In this document: positions 42,221 through 53,169 of the stretch, piece after piece
Layout: each line of letters opens with the position of its first letter
How positions within the stretch are numbered: position 1 is the stretch's first letter
DNA from: Candidatus Limnocylindrales bacterium
GTDB taxonomy: Bacteria > Chloroflexota > Limnocylindria > Limnocylindrales > CSP1-4
Length of the DNA stretch: 64,000 bases
Direction of reading: 5' to 3'
Assembly (NCBI GenBank): GCA_035553915.1
Contig: DATMJK010000059.1
Location: forward strand, 5,396-69,395
The notes under the pieces: model-generated
Told to the model about the DNA's origin: nothing
Databases searched by the model: none
The model's input: the letters and a program-made list of their open reading frames with translations, nothing else
Translations under genes and position numbers: made by a program

Positions 42221-42513
42221 GCCGCATCCCCGGCGCCGGCAGCAGCCAATGCGGCGGGCGCCTCCGCGACGACACGCACCCGCTTCTTGTCACGGCGCTG
42301 GTGCTCGAACTTGACCCGTCCGTCGATCGTCGCGAAGAGCGTGTAGTCGCGGCCCAGGTCCGTGCCCGGGCCGGCGAGGAACGTCATGCCGCGCTGGCGA
42401 ACGATGATCGAGCCGGCCGACACGAGCTGGCCGTCGCCGGCCTTCACGCCCAGGCGCTGGCCAACGCTGTCGCGGCCGTTCTTGGAGCTGGAGCCAGCCT
42501 TCTTGTGAGCCAT
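42217..42513 (-). CDS. rpmA: 50S ribosomal protein L27
   Basis: [23 protein letters not shown]. No Firmicutes-type N-terminal propeptide. Confidence 0.95.
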   Translation of the reverse strand: MAHKKAGSSSKNGRDSVGQRLGVKAGDGQLVSAGSIIVRQRGMTFLAGPGTDLGRDYTLFATIDGRVKFEHQRRDKKRVRVVAEAPAALAAAGAGDAA

Positions 42514-42518
42514 CTCGG

Positions 42519-43199
42519 TTACTCGTCCTTCTTCTTGCTGCGCGTCGAGGCCGGCTTGGCGGCTGAGGTCGTGCGCGCGCTGCGCGCCGGCTTGGCCGAA
42601 CTGGCGTCCTTGGACTCTGCGTCGGCCTCCGCGTCAGCCGCGGCCTTGGCCTTGCCCGCCTTCGCCGTGGTCGTCTTGGTCGCGGCGGTCTTGGTCGCGG
42701 CGACCTTGGTCGCCGGCTTCTTCTTCGGCGCCTCGTCGGCCGCCTGCTGTGCCTGCTGCTCCTCCGCCAGCTTGGCGGCGAGCGCTTGATCGGCGGCGGC
42801 CTGGCGCTGCGCCTCCTTCTCAGCCGCCTTGCGCGCGGCAGCCTCCTTCTTCGACTCGGCATCCGCCTCTGTGGCCGCGCTGCGGCCGTTGAGCACGATG
42901 TCAGACACGCGGACGATGGTCAGGTCGGATCGGTGGCCGTGCTTGACCCGCCGGCGTGCCTTGGGCCGGTACTTGAAGACGACGATCTTCTCGCCGCGGT
43001 CCTGGCGCAGGACCTCGCCGGTCACGCGCGCACCGTCCACCACCGGTTGGCCAATGTGCGCCTCGGTGCCGTCGGCGACCAGCAGCACACGACCCAGCTC
43101 GATGGTCGAGCCGGGCTCGGCGTCAAGCCGGTCGAGCTCGATCTCGCTGCCGAGCTCGACGCGGTACTGCCTACCGCTAGTTTCGATGACTGCGTACAT
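42519..43199 (-). CDS. rplU: 50S ribosomal protein L21 with Ala/Lys-rich C-terminal extension
   Basis: [14 protein letters not shown] start (Met10 of track ORF 42519..43226) and a canonical L21 core of about 100 aa. This is followed by about 120 aa of [19 protein letters not shown]...[29 protein letters not shown] low-complexity sequence. Confidence 0.9.
   Translation of the reverse strand: MYAVIETSGRQYRVELGSEIELDRLDAEPGSTIELGRVLLVADGTEAHIGQPVVDGARVTGEVLRQDRGEKIVVFKYRPKARRRVKHGHRSDLTIVRVSDIVLNGRSAATEADAESKKEAAARKAAEKEAQRQAAADQALAAKLAEEQQAQQAADEAPKKKPATKVAATKTAATKTTTAKAGKAKAAADAEADAESKDASSAKPARSARTTSAAKPASTRSKKKDE
42669..42713. repeat. three imperfect 15-nt tandem repeats inside the rplU tail
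   Basis: ggtcgtcttggtcgc / ggcggtcttggtcgc / ggcgaccttggtcgc on the plus strand encode the (A)ATKT repeats on the minus strand. Hand-counted coordinates. Confidence 0.5.
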
Positions 43200-43465
43200 T
43201 TCGCTCCGCGGGACCGCCAGGCGCACGCTGAGTGGGCGACGGATCTGTTTGGGATGGGCGCGCAGGCGGACAGGCGCACCTGTTCACGAGCGCGAAAAGG
43301 GATGGTACCTCCAGGCGCGCCGAACGTCAACGACGGACGGCCGGCGGCGCTTGCGCGGGTCGGCGATGGTACGCACCGGCGACACTCGCGCGGACATTGG
43401 TCCTGTGGCGCTGGCGCACCACCTGGCTGACCATGGCCTGGTAGCTGCACAGTTCCGAGGGAGAG

Positions 43466-43927
43466 ATGCCCATCGATCCGCGTCGCACCCACTACCGGGT
43501 GCTGATGCTCGCCGAGTCCGCCGACACCGACATCGTCAACACCGTCTACCGCCGACTAGCCCAGCGCTTTCATCCTGACGTCGACCCCAGCCCCGAGGCG
43601 GCGCATCGGATGAAAGAGATCAACGAGGCTCATGCGGTGCTCAAGGATCCCGAGCGCCGCGCGCGCTACGACGCCGAGCTCGCGTCACGCCGGGACCGCC
43701 GGGCCAGCGACCGTCTGATCCGCCGTGCGGGCGAGGTGCCTTACGGCGCCGCCGGCATGCCGATCGGACCGGCCGAGGGCAGCGTCATCGAGTTCGGCCG
43801 CTACAGCGGCTGGACGCTGGGCCAGATCCGTCGCCGCGATCCGGACTTCCTCGAGTGGCTGCTCCGCGTGCCCGCCGGCCGGCAGTACCGCGAAGAGATC
43901 ACGCAGCTGCTCAGCCGGGGCGCCTGA
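43466..43927 (+). CDS. J-domain protein with DUF3820-like C-terminal module
   Basis: HYRVLMLAESADTDIVNTVYRRLAQRFHPDV...INEAHAVLKDPERRARYD is a J domain with an HPD motif. The C-terminal IEFGRYSGWTLGQIRRRDPDFLEWLL resembles DUF3820 (FGKYKG...YL.WL). Confidence 0.8.
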   Translation: MPIDPRRTHYRVLMLAESADTDIVNTVYRRLAQRFHPDVDPSPEAAHRMKEINEAHAVLKDPERRARYDAELASRRDRRASDRLIRRAGEVPYGAAGMPIGPAEGSVIEFGRYSGWTLGQIRRRDPDFLEWLLRVPAGRQYREEITQLLSRGA

Positions 43928-44591
43928 GCGCCGCGCCGACGCTGCGCCCCACGCTCCGCCACTCGTCGGCGACCAGCCGGCCAGCGGCCTCGCCGTCACC
44001 CAGATCGAGCGCGGTGGCGAGCGCGGCGTGGACCGCCTCCTGGTCACGGTCGACTGACCAGCCCACGCGGGCCTCCATCTGGCGCAGCCGCGGCACCAGC
44101 TGATCCAGCTGCCGGCGCAGCCGTTCATTCGCCGCAGCCGTCAGCACCACGTCATGCAGCGCGTCGTCGGCGGCCGCGACCTCTGTTGGCTGCTCACGCA
44201 GCAACGCCCAGCGATAGCGCTCGCTCTCGTCTAGCAGGGCATCGCGCCTCGCCGGCGTCCAGGCGGTGGCGGCGAGCTCGGCAGCAAGGCCGTGAAGCGC
44301 AGCGGCAAGTGGATACGCCTGGTCAGCCTCCTGGGCGCTCAGCGGCCGCACGCGCGTGAAGCGGTTGGCCGCCATCTCGATCAGGCCCTCGTCGGCCAGG
44401 CGGGTGATCGCCTCCCGGACGGGCATGCGGCTGACCCCGAGCCAGCCGGCGATCTCCCTGTCGCGCAGCTTCTCGCCGGGCTCGAGCTGGCCGTCGACGA
44501 TCAGCCGGCGCAGTTCCCGGTAGGCCTCCTGGCGCATCAGAACGCGCTCTTGGCCGGACCGTGTCGCAGGAAGTGGCATGTGATATATCAC
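43911..44591 (-). CDS. GntR-family transcriptional regulator (FadR/FCD type)
   Basis: LRDREIAGWLGVSRMPVREAITRLADEGLIEM winged helix plus a helical C-terminal domain. An alternative start at the internal MRQEAY is possible. Confidence 0.8.
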   Translation of the reverse strand: MIYHMPLPATRSGQERVLMRQEAYRELRRLIVDGQLEPGEKLRDREIAGWLGVSRMPVREAITRLADEGLIEMAANRFTRVRPLSAQEADQAYPLAAALHGLAAELAATAWTPARRDALLDESERYRWALLREQPTEVAAADDALHDVVLTAAANERLRRQLDQLVPRLRQMEARVGWSVDRDQEAVHAALATALDLGDGEAAGRLVADEWRSVGRSVGAALRRPG

Positions 44592-44637
44592 ACCACATGG
44601 CGACGATCAAAGCAAGAAGCAGCTCATCGGGAACGGC

Positions 44638-45789
44638 TCAGTCGTACCAGGCGGGCCTGGAGCGGCGCATGTTGATCGACTGCAGCAGCCCCAGACCGAG
44701 TGCAACGCTGACCAGCGACGCGCCGCCATGGGTGACGAAGGGCAGCGGAATGCCGGTGATCGGCATGATCCCGAGGATCATTCCGATATTGACGGTCATC
44801 TGGAAGAGCAGCATTGACGCGATCCCGGCTGCGAATGCGACACCGAAGAGGTCGTCCGAGCGCCAGCCGACGAGCAGCACTCGCCAGATCAGGGCAATGA
44901 AGAAGATGAACACCACCACCCCGCCGATGAAGCCAAGCTCCTGAAAGAGCACGGCGCCAGCGAAGTCCGTCGACTGGACCGGCAGCAGCTCGGCGCCTGG
45001 ACCGCCGCCGGTCAGGCCGCGGCCGAACATTCCCCCGGAGCTGACCGCGATCTGCGACTGGATGACCTGGAAACCGGCGCCGAGGGGATCAGCCGTGGGA
45101 TCGAGGAAGGACAGGATGCGGCGCCGCTGGTAGTCCTCCAGGATCGTCCACAGGACCGGCAACGCCGTCAATCCGAGAGCGACCGGCAACAGCAGCCAAC
45201 GCAAGCTCATGCCGGCGACGAACAGCATCCCGAAGAGCACGGCCATGAAGACCAGTGACGTGCCCAGGTCTGGTTGGACCATCACCAGCACGAACGGGGG
45301 GCCCATCAGCAGCCCGGCACCGACCAGCGTGGTCAGACGGTTCATCCTGTCGCGCCGGGCCGCGATGTAGGCCGCCAGCACGCCGATCATCAAGATCTTG
45401 GCTATCTCCGAGAACTGGAACTGCAGGCCAAAGATCGATACCCAGCGCGAGACGCCGCCAACGCCACCGCCGATCGCCAGGGTCAGCACCAGCAGTCCGA
45501 TGTTGATCCCATAGACCAGCCAGGACAGCGTCCGCAGCCAGCGGTAGTCGAACGACGCGGCCGCGACGAAGACCACGATGGCGACCGCGAACCAGATCAG
45601 GCCGCGAGTGAAGGTTGAGCCCGGCGTCAGTGGCGCCCCAACGCTGTTCGTGTAGGCCATCAGCAGTCCGAGCACGGCCAGCGCGACGGCGTAGAAGGCG
45701 AGCTGGATATCGAACGAGCCCCACGACGCCGTCGGCGCCCGGGCGGTGAAGGAATCGCCGGCTGCGCGCTCGACGCGCATCGCGCCCAT
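44638..45789 (-). CDS. rodA: SEDS-family peptidoglycan glycosyltransferase RodA
   Basis: FtsW/RodA/SpoVE motifs (LQFQFSEIAKI, PDLGT, TDFAGAVLFQELGFIGG, ITGIPLPFVTHGGAS). Located directly downstream of the PBP2 gene. Confidence 0.9.
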   Translation of the reverse strand: MGAMRVERAAGDSFTARAPTASWGSFDIQLAFYAVALAVLGLLMAYTNSVGAPLTPGSTFTRGLIWFAVAIVVFVAAASFDYRWLRTLSWLVYGINIGLLVLTLAIGGGVGGVSRWVSIFGLQFQFSEIAKILMIGVLAAYIAARRDRMNRLTTLVGAGLLMGPPFVLVMVQPDLGTSLVFMAVLFGMLFVAGMSLRWLLLPVALGLTALPVLWTILEDYQRRRILSFLDPTADPLGAGFQVIQSQIAVSSGGMFGRGLTGGGPGAELLPVQSTDFAGAVLFQELGFIGGVVVFIFFIALIWRVLLVGWRSDDLFGVAFAAGIASMLLFQMTVNIGMILGIMPITGIPLPFVTHGGASLVSVALGLGLLQSINMRRSRPAWYD

Positions 45790-45791
45790 GG

Positions 45792-47687
45792 CTAGCGGCC
45801 CCCGAACTGCTCGAGCAGCTCCGGCCGGCGCAGGTCGACGTCGAGGTCGTAGTGCAGCTGCAGGAAGTACTTGACGATCTCGGTCGCGGCATTGCCGCGC
45901 GTCTTGGCGTCGTATGCGAAGGCCACCACCGCGAGCTCGGAATCCGCCGCCTCGACGTCGCCCGGCTGCCCCGGACCGAACTTCGGTACGAACGCAGTGA
46001 ACCAGTAGTGGATGGGCAGCCGCCCCTCTTCGTCGCGCAAGCCGAACTCTGCCGTGCCCGTCTTGCCGGCAACGGCAAACGGCATGTCGACCAGGTTGCC
46101 GGTGTGGCCAATGGTCACCACCCGACGGGCCGCGAGGCGCATCTGGCGTAGCACGTCGTCGTCAGCCTCGAGCTCGTGGATCAGCTCCGGCTCGAAGTCG
46201 CGGACAACGCCGCCGTTGCTGTCAAGCACGCGGCGCACGATCTGCGGCTTGAAGAGGTGGCCACCGTTGGCCAGCGCGGCGTATGCGTTGATCACCTGCA
46301 GCACGCTCGAGGTGTTGTAGCCCTGGCCGATGCCCGCCTGGTAGACCTCGCCGGGATAGATCGGCTGGTTGAACACTTCTCGCTTCCACTTGTCCGTCGG
46401 GATGATCCCGCGCACCTCACCGGGCAGGTCGATGCCGGTCCGCTCGCCGAAGCCGAACTGGTTGCCCCAGTAGGCCAGCCGGTCGATGCCCATCCGGCCG
46501 GCGAGCTGAAAGAAGTACGTGCCCGCCGAGCGCCCGAAAGCGTCATATATGTCCATCGGCCCGAACCCCTTGCGGTTCCACTCCCAGAACCTGTATCCGT
46601 TGATCTCAAGGTATGGCGCCGTCTCCAGCTTCTGCCGCGGCGTGACGATGTCGTCCTCGAGGGCGCCTGTGCCGGTGATCAGCTTGTACGTCGAGCCCGG
46701 CGGGTACTGCTCGGCGATCGCCTGGTTGATGAGCGGTCGCGTCGGGTCGTTGAGCAGTGCCTGATAGTCGGCCTGGGAGATGCCGCGAGCGAACAGGTTG
46801 TTGTCGTATGCCGGCAACGAGACCATGGCCAGGATCTCGCCGGTCTGCGGGTTCATGGCAATGACCACGCCACGCTCGAGCCCGGCGACCTCCATGCCCC
46901 AGCGCAGCGCCTCCTCAGCGTCGCGCTGAATCTCGACATCGATCGTCAGCTCCAGCGAGTGCCCTGCAGCTGGCGGGTCGAGCACCTGGACGGTGCGCAC
47001 GATCCGGCCCGAACCGTCCCGCTCGACCTGCTGGACGCCGTAGCTGCCGCGCAGCTCGCGCTCGAACGTTGACTCGACACCGGCCTTGCCCAGCACGTCG
47101 TCAGTGAGGTAGCCCTCGCCCGCAAGCCGGGTGAGGTCGGCTGCCGACACCGCCCCCGTATAGCCGAGCAGGTGGCTGACCAGCGGGCCGAAGTCATACT
47201 GCCGCCGATCCTCGACGGCGACCTCGACGCCGGGCAGCGAAGCCGCCTCCTCCTCCAGGATGCTGGCCATATCGAGCGCCACGTCCGAAGCGATCTTGAC
47301 GGGCTCATACAGCAGGCCGGCGTTCCGGTCCAGCGCTTCGATGATCTGGCTCTCTGGAACGCGCAGCAGTGTCGACAGGCGAGCCACCACGGCAGGCCGT
47401 TGCGGCAGCGGCAGATCCGCCGGACGGATTCGTACCGCGTACGAGGGCACGTTGTACGCGAGCAGCCGGCCGGCGCGGTCGTAGATCAGGCCACGCGGCG
47501 AGCGGATCGGCTGGAGGGCAAGGCGACCCTGCGTGATGCGCGTGCCTGGCGGGTTGCCGCCCGCCACCTGGAGGCTGAACAGGCGCGTGGTCAGCACGCC
47601 CACGGCCAGCACGACGGCAAGCCCAAAGATGCCAAAGCGAAGGAGAAGTCGTTGGCGGGGCGGCGTCGGCGCGAAGAGATCAGCCAC
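45792..47687 (-). CDS. mrdA: penicillin-binding protein 2 (class B transpeptidase)
   Basis: N-terminal anchor, active-site PGSTYK, and KTGTAE motifs. Confidence 0.9.
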   Translation of the reverse strand: MADLFAPTPPRQRLLLRFGIFGLAVVLAVGVLTTRLFSLQVAGGNPPGTRITQGRLALQPIRSPRGLIYDRAGRLLAYNVPSYAVRIRPADLPLPQRPAVVARLSTLLRVPESQIIEALDRNAGLLYEPVKIASDVALDMASILEEEAASLPGVEVAVEDRRQYDFGPLVSHLLGYTGAVSAADLTRLAGEGYLTDDVLGKAGVESTFERELRGSYGVQQVERDGSGRIVRTVQVLDPPAAGHSLELTIDVEIQRDAEEALRWGMEVAGLERGVVIAMNPQTGEILAMVSLPAYDNNLFARGISQADYQALLNDPTRPLINQAIAEQYPPGSTYKLITGTGALEDDIVTPRQKLETAPYLEINGYRFWEWNRKGFGPMDIYDAFGRSAGTYFFQLAGRMGIDRLAYWGNQFGFGERTGIDLPGEVRGIIPTDKWKREVFNQPIYPGEVYQAGIGQGYNTSSVLQVINAYAALANGGHLFKPQIVRRVLDSNGGVVRDFEPELIHELEADDDVLRQMRLAARRVVTIGHTGNLVDMPFAVAGKTGTAEFGLRDEEGRLPIHYWFTAFVPKFGPGQPGDVEAADSELAVVAFAYDAKTRGNAATEIVKYFLQLHYDLDVDLRRPELLEQFGGR

Positions 47688-47693
47688 GACCGC

Positions 47694-48194
47694 TCACCAG
47701 TCGGGTCGCTCAGCTGGGGCGAAGCGCCGGCCAAGGGCGTCGAAGGCGATCGCCGCGATGATCGCCAGCACGGTGTTCTGGATGGCCGCCGAAAGGACGA
47801 CGACAGGCTGCAGCGAGCCGAGCATCACGCCCTCGGTGGCGGCCATGACCAACAGCAGGAGCAGGTGGAAGGCCCACGTGGCGCCGAAGACTGCCGCGAT
47901 GGCCAGCGAGCGCCGGGGGGCGGGAAGGCGCGCGGCAAGAATGGCCAACCCCACGACGAGCACCATCGTGAGCGCGGTCGCCCCGATCGGTCGAGCGGGG
48001 ATGAGCATGTCGAGCATCACGCCCCCCAGGAAGGCCCACACCAGGCCGTCCTCGACGCCGATCAGGATCGCTGCGAGCACCGCCAGGGTGAGCACGAGGT
48101 CAACCTGTGCGCCGGCAACCGTCAGCTCCGGCGCGATGCTTGTCTCAATCAGGGCCGCGACGAGCGCCCCCAACGCCGCCAGGGGTAGCGTCAA
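47694..48194 (-). CDS. mreD: rod shape-determining protein MreD-like
   Basis: Small protein with 5 TM helices directly upstream of mrdA. Start placed at an in-frame TTG (Leu49 of track ORF 47694..48338) preceded by GGAGG and a 9-nt spacer. Family call rests on topology and context. Confidence 0.6.
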   Translation of the reverse strand: MTLPLAALGALVAALIETSIAPELTVAGAQVDLVLTLAVLAAILIGVEDGLVWAFLGGVMLDMLIPARPIGATALTMVLVVGLAILAARLPAPRRSLAIAAVFGATWAFHLLLLLVMAATEGVMLGSLQPVVVLSAAIQNTVLAIIAAIAFDALGRRFAPAERPDW

Positions 48195-48321
48195 GGTGGT
48201 CAACCTCCATGGGCCACCTGTTCCGGCGGGTTGGTAGACGGGTGCCGGGCGTGTGCCACCAGGCGGAGTATAGATCGATGTCTCGCTCGGCCTTTGAAAT
48301 GAAGCGCGTCGTATGCAGACG

Positions 48322-48337
48322 TGTTTCACGTGGAACA
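48322..48337. promoter_or_regulatory. parS centromere-like site
   Basis: tgtttcacgtggaaca has the reverse complement TGTTCCACGTGAAACA, a 16/16 match to the canonical Bacillus-type parS palindrome. It lies 148 nt upstream of parA. Confidence 0.85.
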
Positions 48338-48484
48338 AAGGGCCAGCAAACTGCCAGGCAAGCAGCCGGTCAGCGCCTCCCGCTAGGCTGCCTGATCGAA
48401 GGCGCGGGGCGCTTGTCAGCCGGCAGAGAAGGGGTGGTTCCAGTAGAATCGCAGGACGTGGATGCGAACCGCCTCGGCCGTTGA

Positions 48485-49296
48485 GTGGGCGACGTCATCG
48501 CCTGCGCGAACCAGAAGGGCGGCGTCGGCAAGACCACGACGGTCATCAACTTGGCCACCTACCTGGCGCTTGCCGGACAGCGCGTCCTGGTCCTCGACCT
48601 CGACCCGCAGGGCAACGCGACCAGCGGTCTCGGGCATGGTCGATCAGCGGCTGACAGCTCGATCTATCCGGCGATCGTCAGCGACGCTCCGGCCGGCAAG
48701 CTCGTCCGGCCAACTCAGGTTGACGGGCTGTGGCTCATCCCATCGGCCAGGGACCTGGCCGGAGCCGAGGTGGAGCTGGTCGGGCTCGAGCAACGCGAGC
48801 GCCGCCTCGAACGTGCCCTGGGAGGGATTCGCGACGCTTATGACCAGATCCTCCTCGATTGCCCGCCTGCGGTCGGCCTGCTTACCGTCAACGCGCTCAC
48901 CGCTGCTGACGGCGTGCTCGTGCCGATCCAATGCGAGTACTACGCGCTGGAGGGGCTGAGCCAGTTGCTGTCGACGATCGACCTGGTACGCGACCACCTC
49001 AATCCGCGGCTGCGCCTCGCCGGCGTGCTGCTGACGATGTACGACGGCCGCACGACCCTGTCAGCGGACGTCGCCTCGGAGGTTCGCGCACACCTTGGCC
49101 CCAAGGTCTTCAACACCATCGTGCCGCGCAGCGTCCGCCTTGCCGAGGCACCGTCGTACGGTCGACCGATCGCCCGCTACAGCCCCGAGTCTCGCGGGGC
49201 GCAGGCGTACCGCTCACTTGCCGAGGAGCTGCTCCTGCGCCGCCGGCGCACGGACACGGCTCCCACCGCTCCCGCCGACCGCCCGGCTGTGCCCGC

Positions 49297-49300
<4 letters not shown>
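48485..49300 (+). CDS. parA: chromosome partitioning ATPase ParA/Soj
   Basis: GTG start, deviant Walker A ANQKGGVGKTTT, LVLDLDPQGNAT, ILLDCPP. Confidence 0.95.
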
Positions 49301-52112
<2,812 letters not shown>

Positions 52113-52203
52113 GCGCAAGCGAGGGGCGAGCTGCGGCGTCAGGCGCAGGTCGCCCGCATCGGCGCGCAGCGGCGGCGCAGGCGACCGCGGAGCAAGCGCT
52201 ACC

Positions 52204-53169
52204 GTGCGCGCTCGCGCGTTCGTCACTGAGCGCCTGCCGGAGGCGCGTGGGCTCGGCGCTGCGCTGGCCGAGCTGATAGACGACCCAGAGGCTTTCGCTG
52301 CCGTGCTGCGCGATGGCTTCGAGCGACTGGCCGATCCGGCCTATGCCGCCGAGCAGGAGCGCGTGGCGCCGGGCTCGGACGCAGTCTTCGGCGTCCGCTG
52401 GCCACTCGTCCATGCCGTCGCCAACCAGCTCCGCCGGCCGCTCCTGGAGGGGACGTCCTCGTCCGCGCTGTGGCTGACCCAGCGGCTGCTCGACGAGCCT
52501 GAGCGAGAGGCACGGCTGTTCAGCCACGTCGCGCTGCGCCGCGCGCTGGCTGACGACCCTGAGCGCTCGTGGCAGCTGATGCGCCGCCTGGCAGGCGCCG
52601 CTGGCGACTGGATCGCGATCGACTCCCTGGCTGAGCTGTACGCTCACGGCATCCTCGCCGAGCACCGCCGCTGGGCCGAGCTCGAGCAGCTCGTCTACTC
52701 CCCCAGCCGCTGGGAGCGTCGGCTCGTGGGATCGACGCTCGCCACGCTGCCGCATCGGCTGGCCGCGCACAGGCGCCACGAGCTGGCGCGGACACCCGGC
52801 CTGGCGCTGGTCCGGTCGCTGATCGGCGACAGCGAGGCAGACGTACAGAAGGCGCTCTCCTGGGCGCTGCGGTCGTGGTACGACGTCGACCCGCGGGGCA
52901 CGACGGCGCTGCTGCGCGAGGAGGCAGCAACCGCCCGACTGAAGGATGACGGCCATCGGGCGTGGGTCGTGCGCGACGCGCTGACCCTGCCGGCCGTGCC
53001 GCAACCGCTGCGCCTCGAGCTGCGCCAGCAGCTGGAGAGCGTGCGCCGCCGGCCCGGGGCGGCCTCGACGAGCGATGCGGCGAGGACCTCCCAGGCATTC
53101 GGTGACATGCGCCTGCTGGCCGGCCGTGCGCTCGCCGCCCAGGGCAACAGGATGGGGGCTGACCGATGA
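52204..53169 (+). CDS. HEAT-repeat protein of the DNA alkylation repair (AlkD-like) family
   Basis: [13 protein letters not shown] and [13 protein letters not shown] resemble the W-x-RR and VQKA-x-xW-x-LR repeats of the PF08713 family. Start provisionally at GTG 52204 (Val55 of track ORF 52042..53169). The stop overlaps the gyrA ATG (ATGA). Confidence 0.55.
   Translation: MRARAFVTERLPEARGLGAALAELIDDPEAFAAVLRDGFERLADPAYAAEQERVAPGSDAVFGVRWPLVHAVANQLRRPLLEGTSSSALWLTQRLLDEPEREARLFSHVALRRALADDPERSWQLMRRLAGAAGDWIAIDSLAELYAHGILAEHRRWAELEQLVYSPSRWERRLVGSTLATLPHRLAAHRRHELARTPGLALVRSLIGDSEADVQKALSWALRSWYDVDPRGTTALLREEAATARLKDDGHRAWVVRDALTLPAVPQPLRLELRQQLESVRRRPGAASTSDAARTSQAFGDMRLLAGRALAAQGNRMGADR

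Noticed and set aside
43200-43465. Possible L21-leader-type regulatory RNA upstream of rplU
   Set aside because: I could not identify conserved leader structure by eye. The 266-nt divergent region is reported only as intergenic.
48195-48338. N-terminal extension of the mreD ORF (MFHVKHVCIRR...)
   Set aside because: It contains the perfect parS palindrome and has no coding character. A TTG with a GGAGG ribosome-binding site lies further in.
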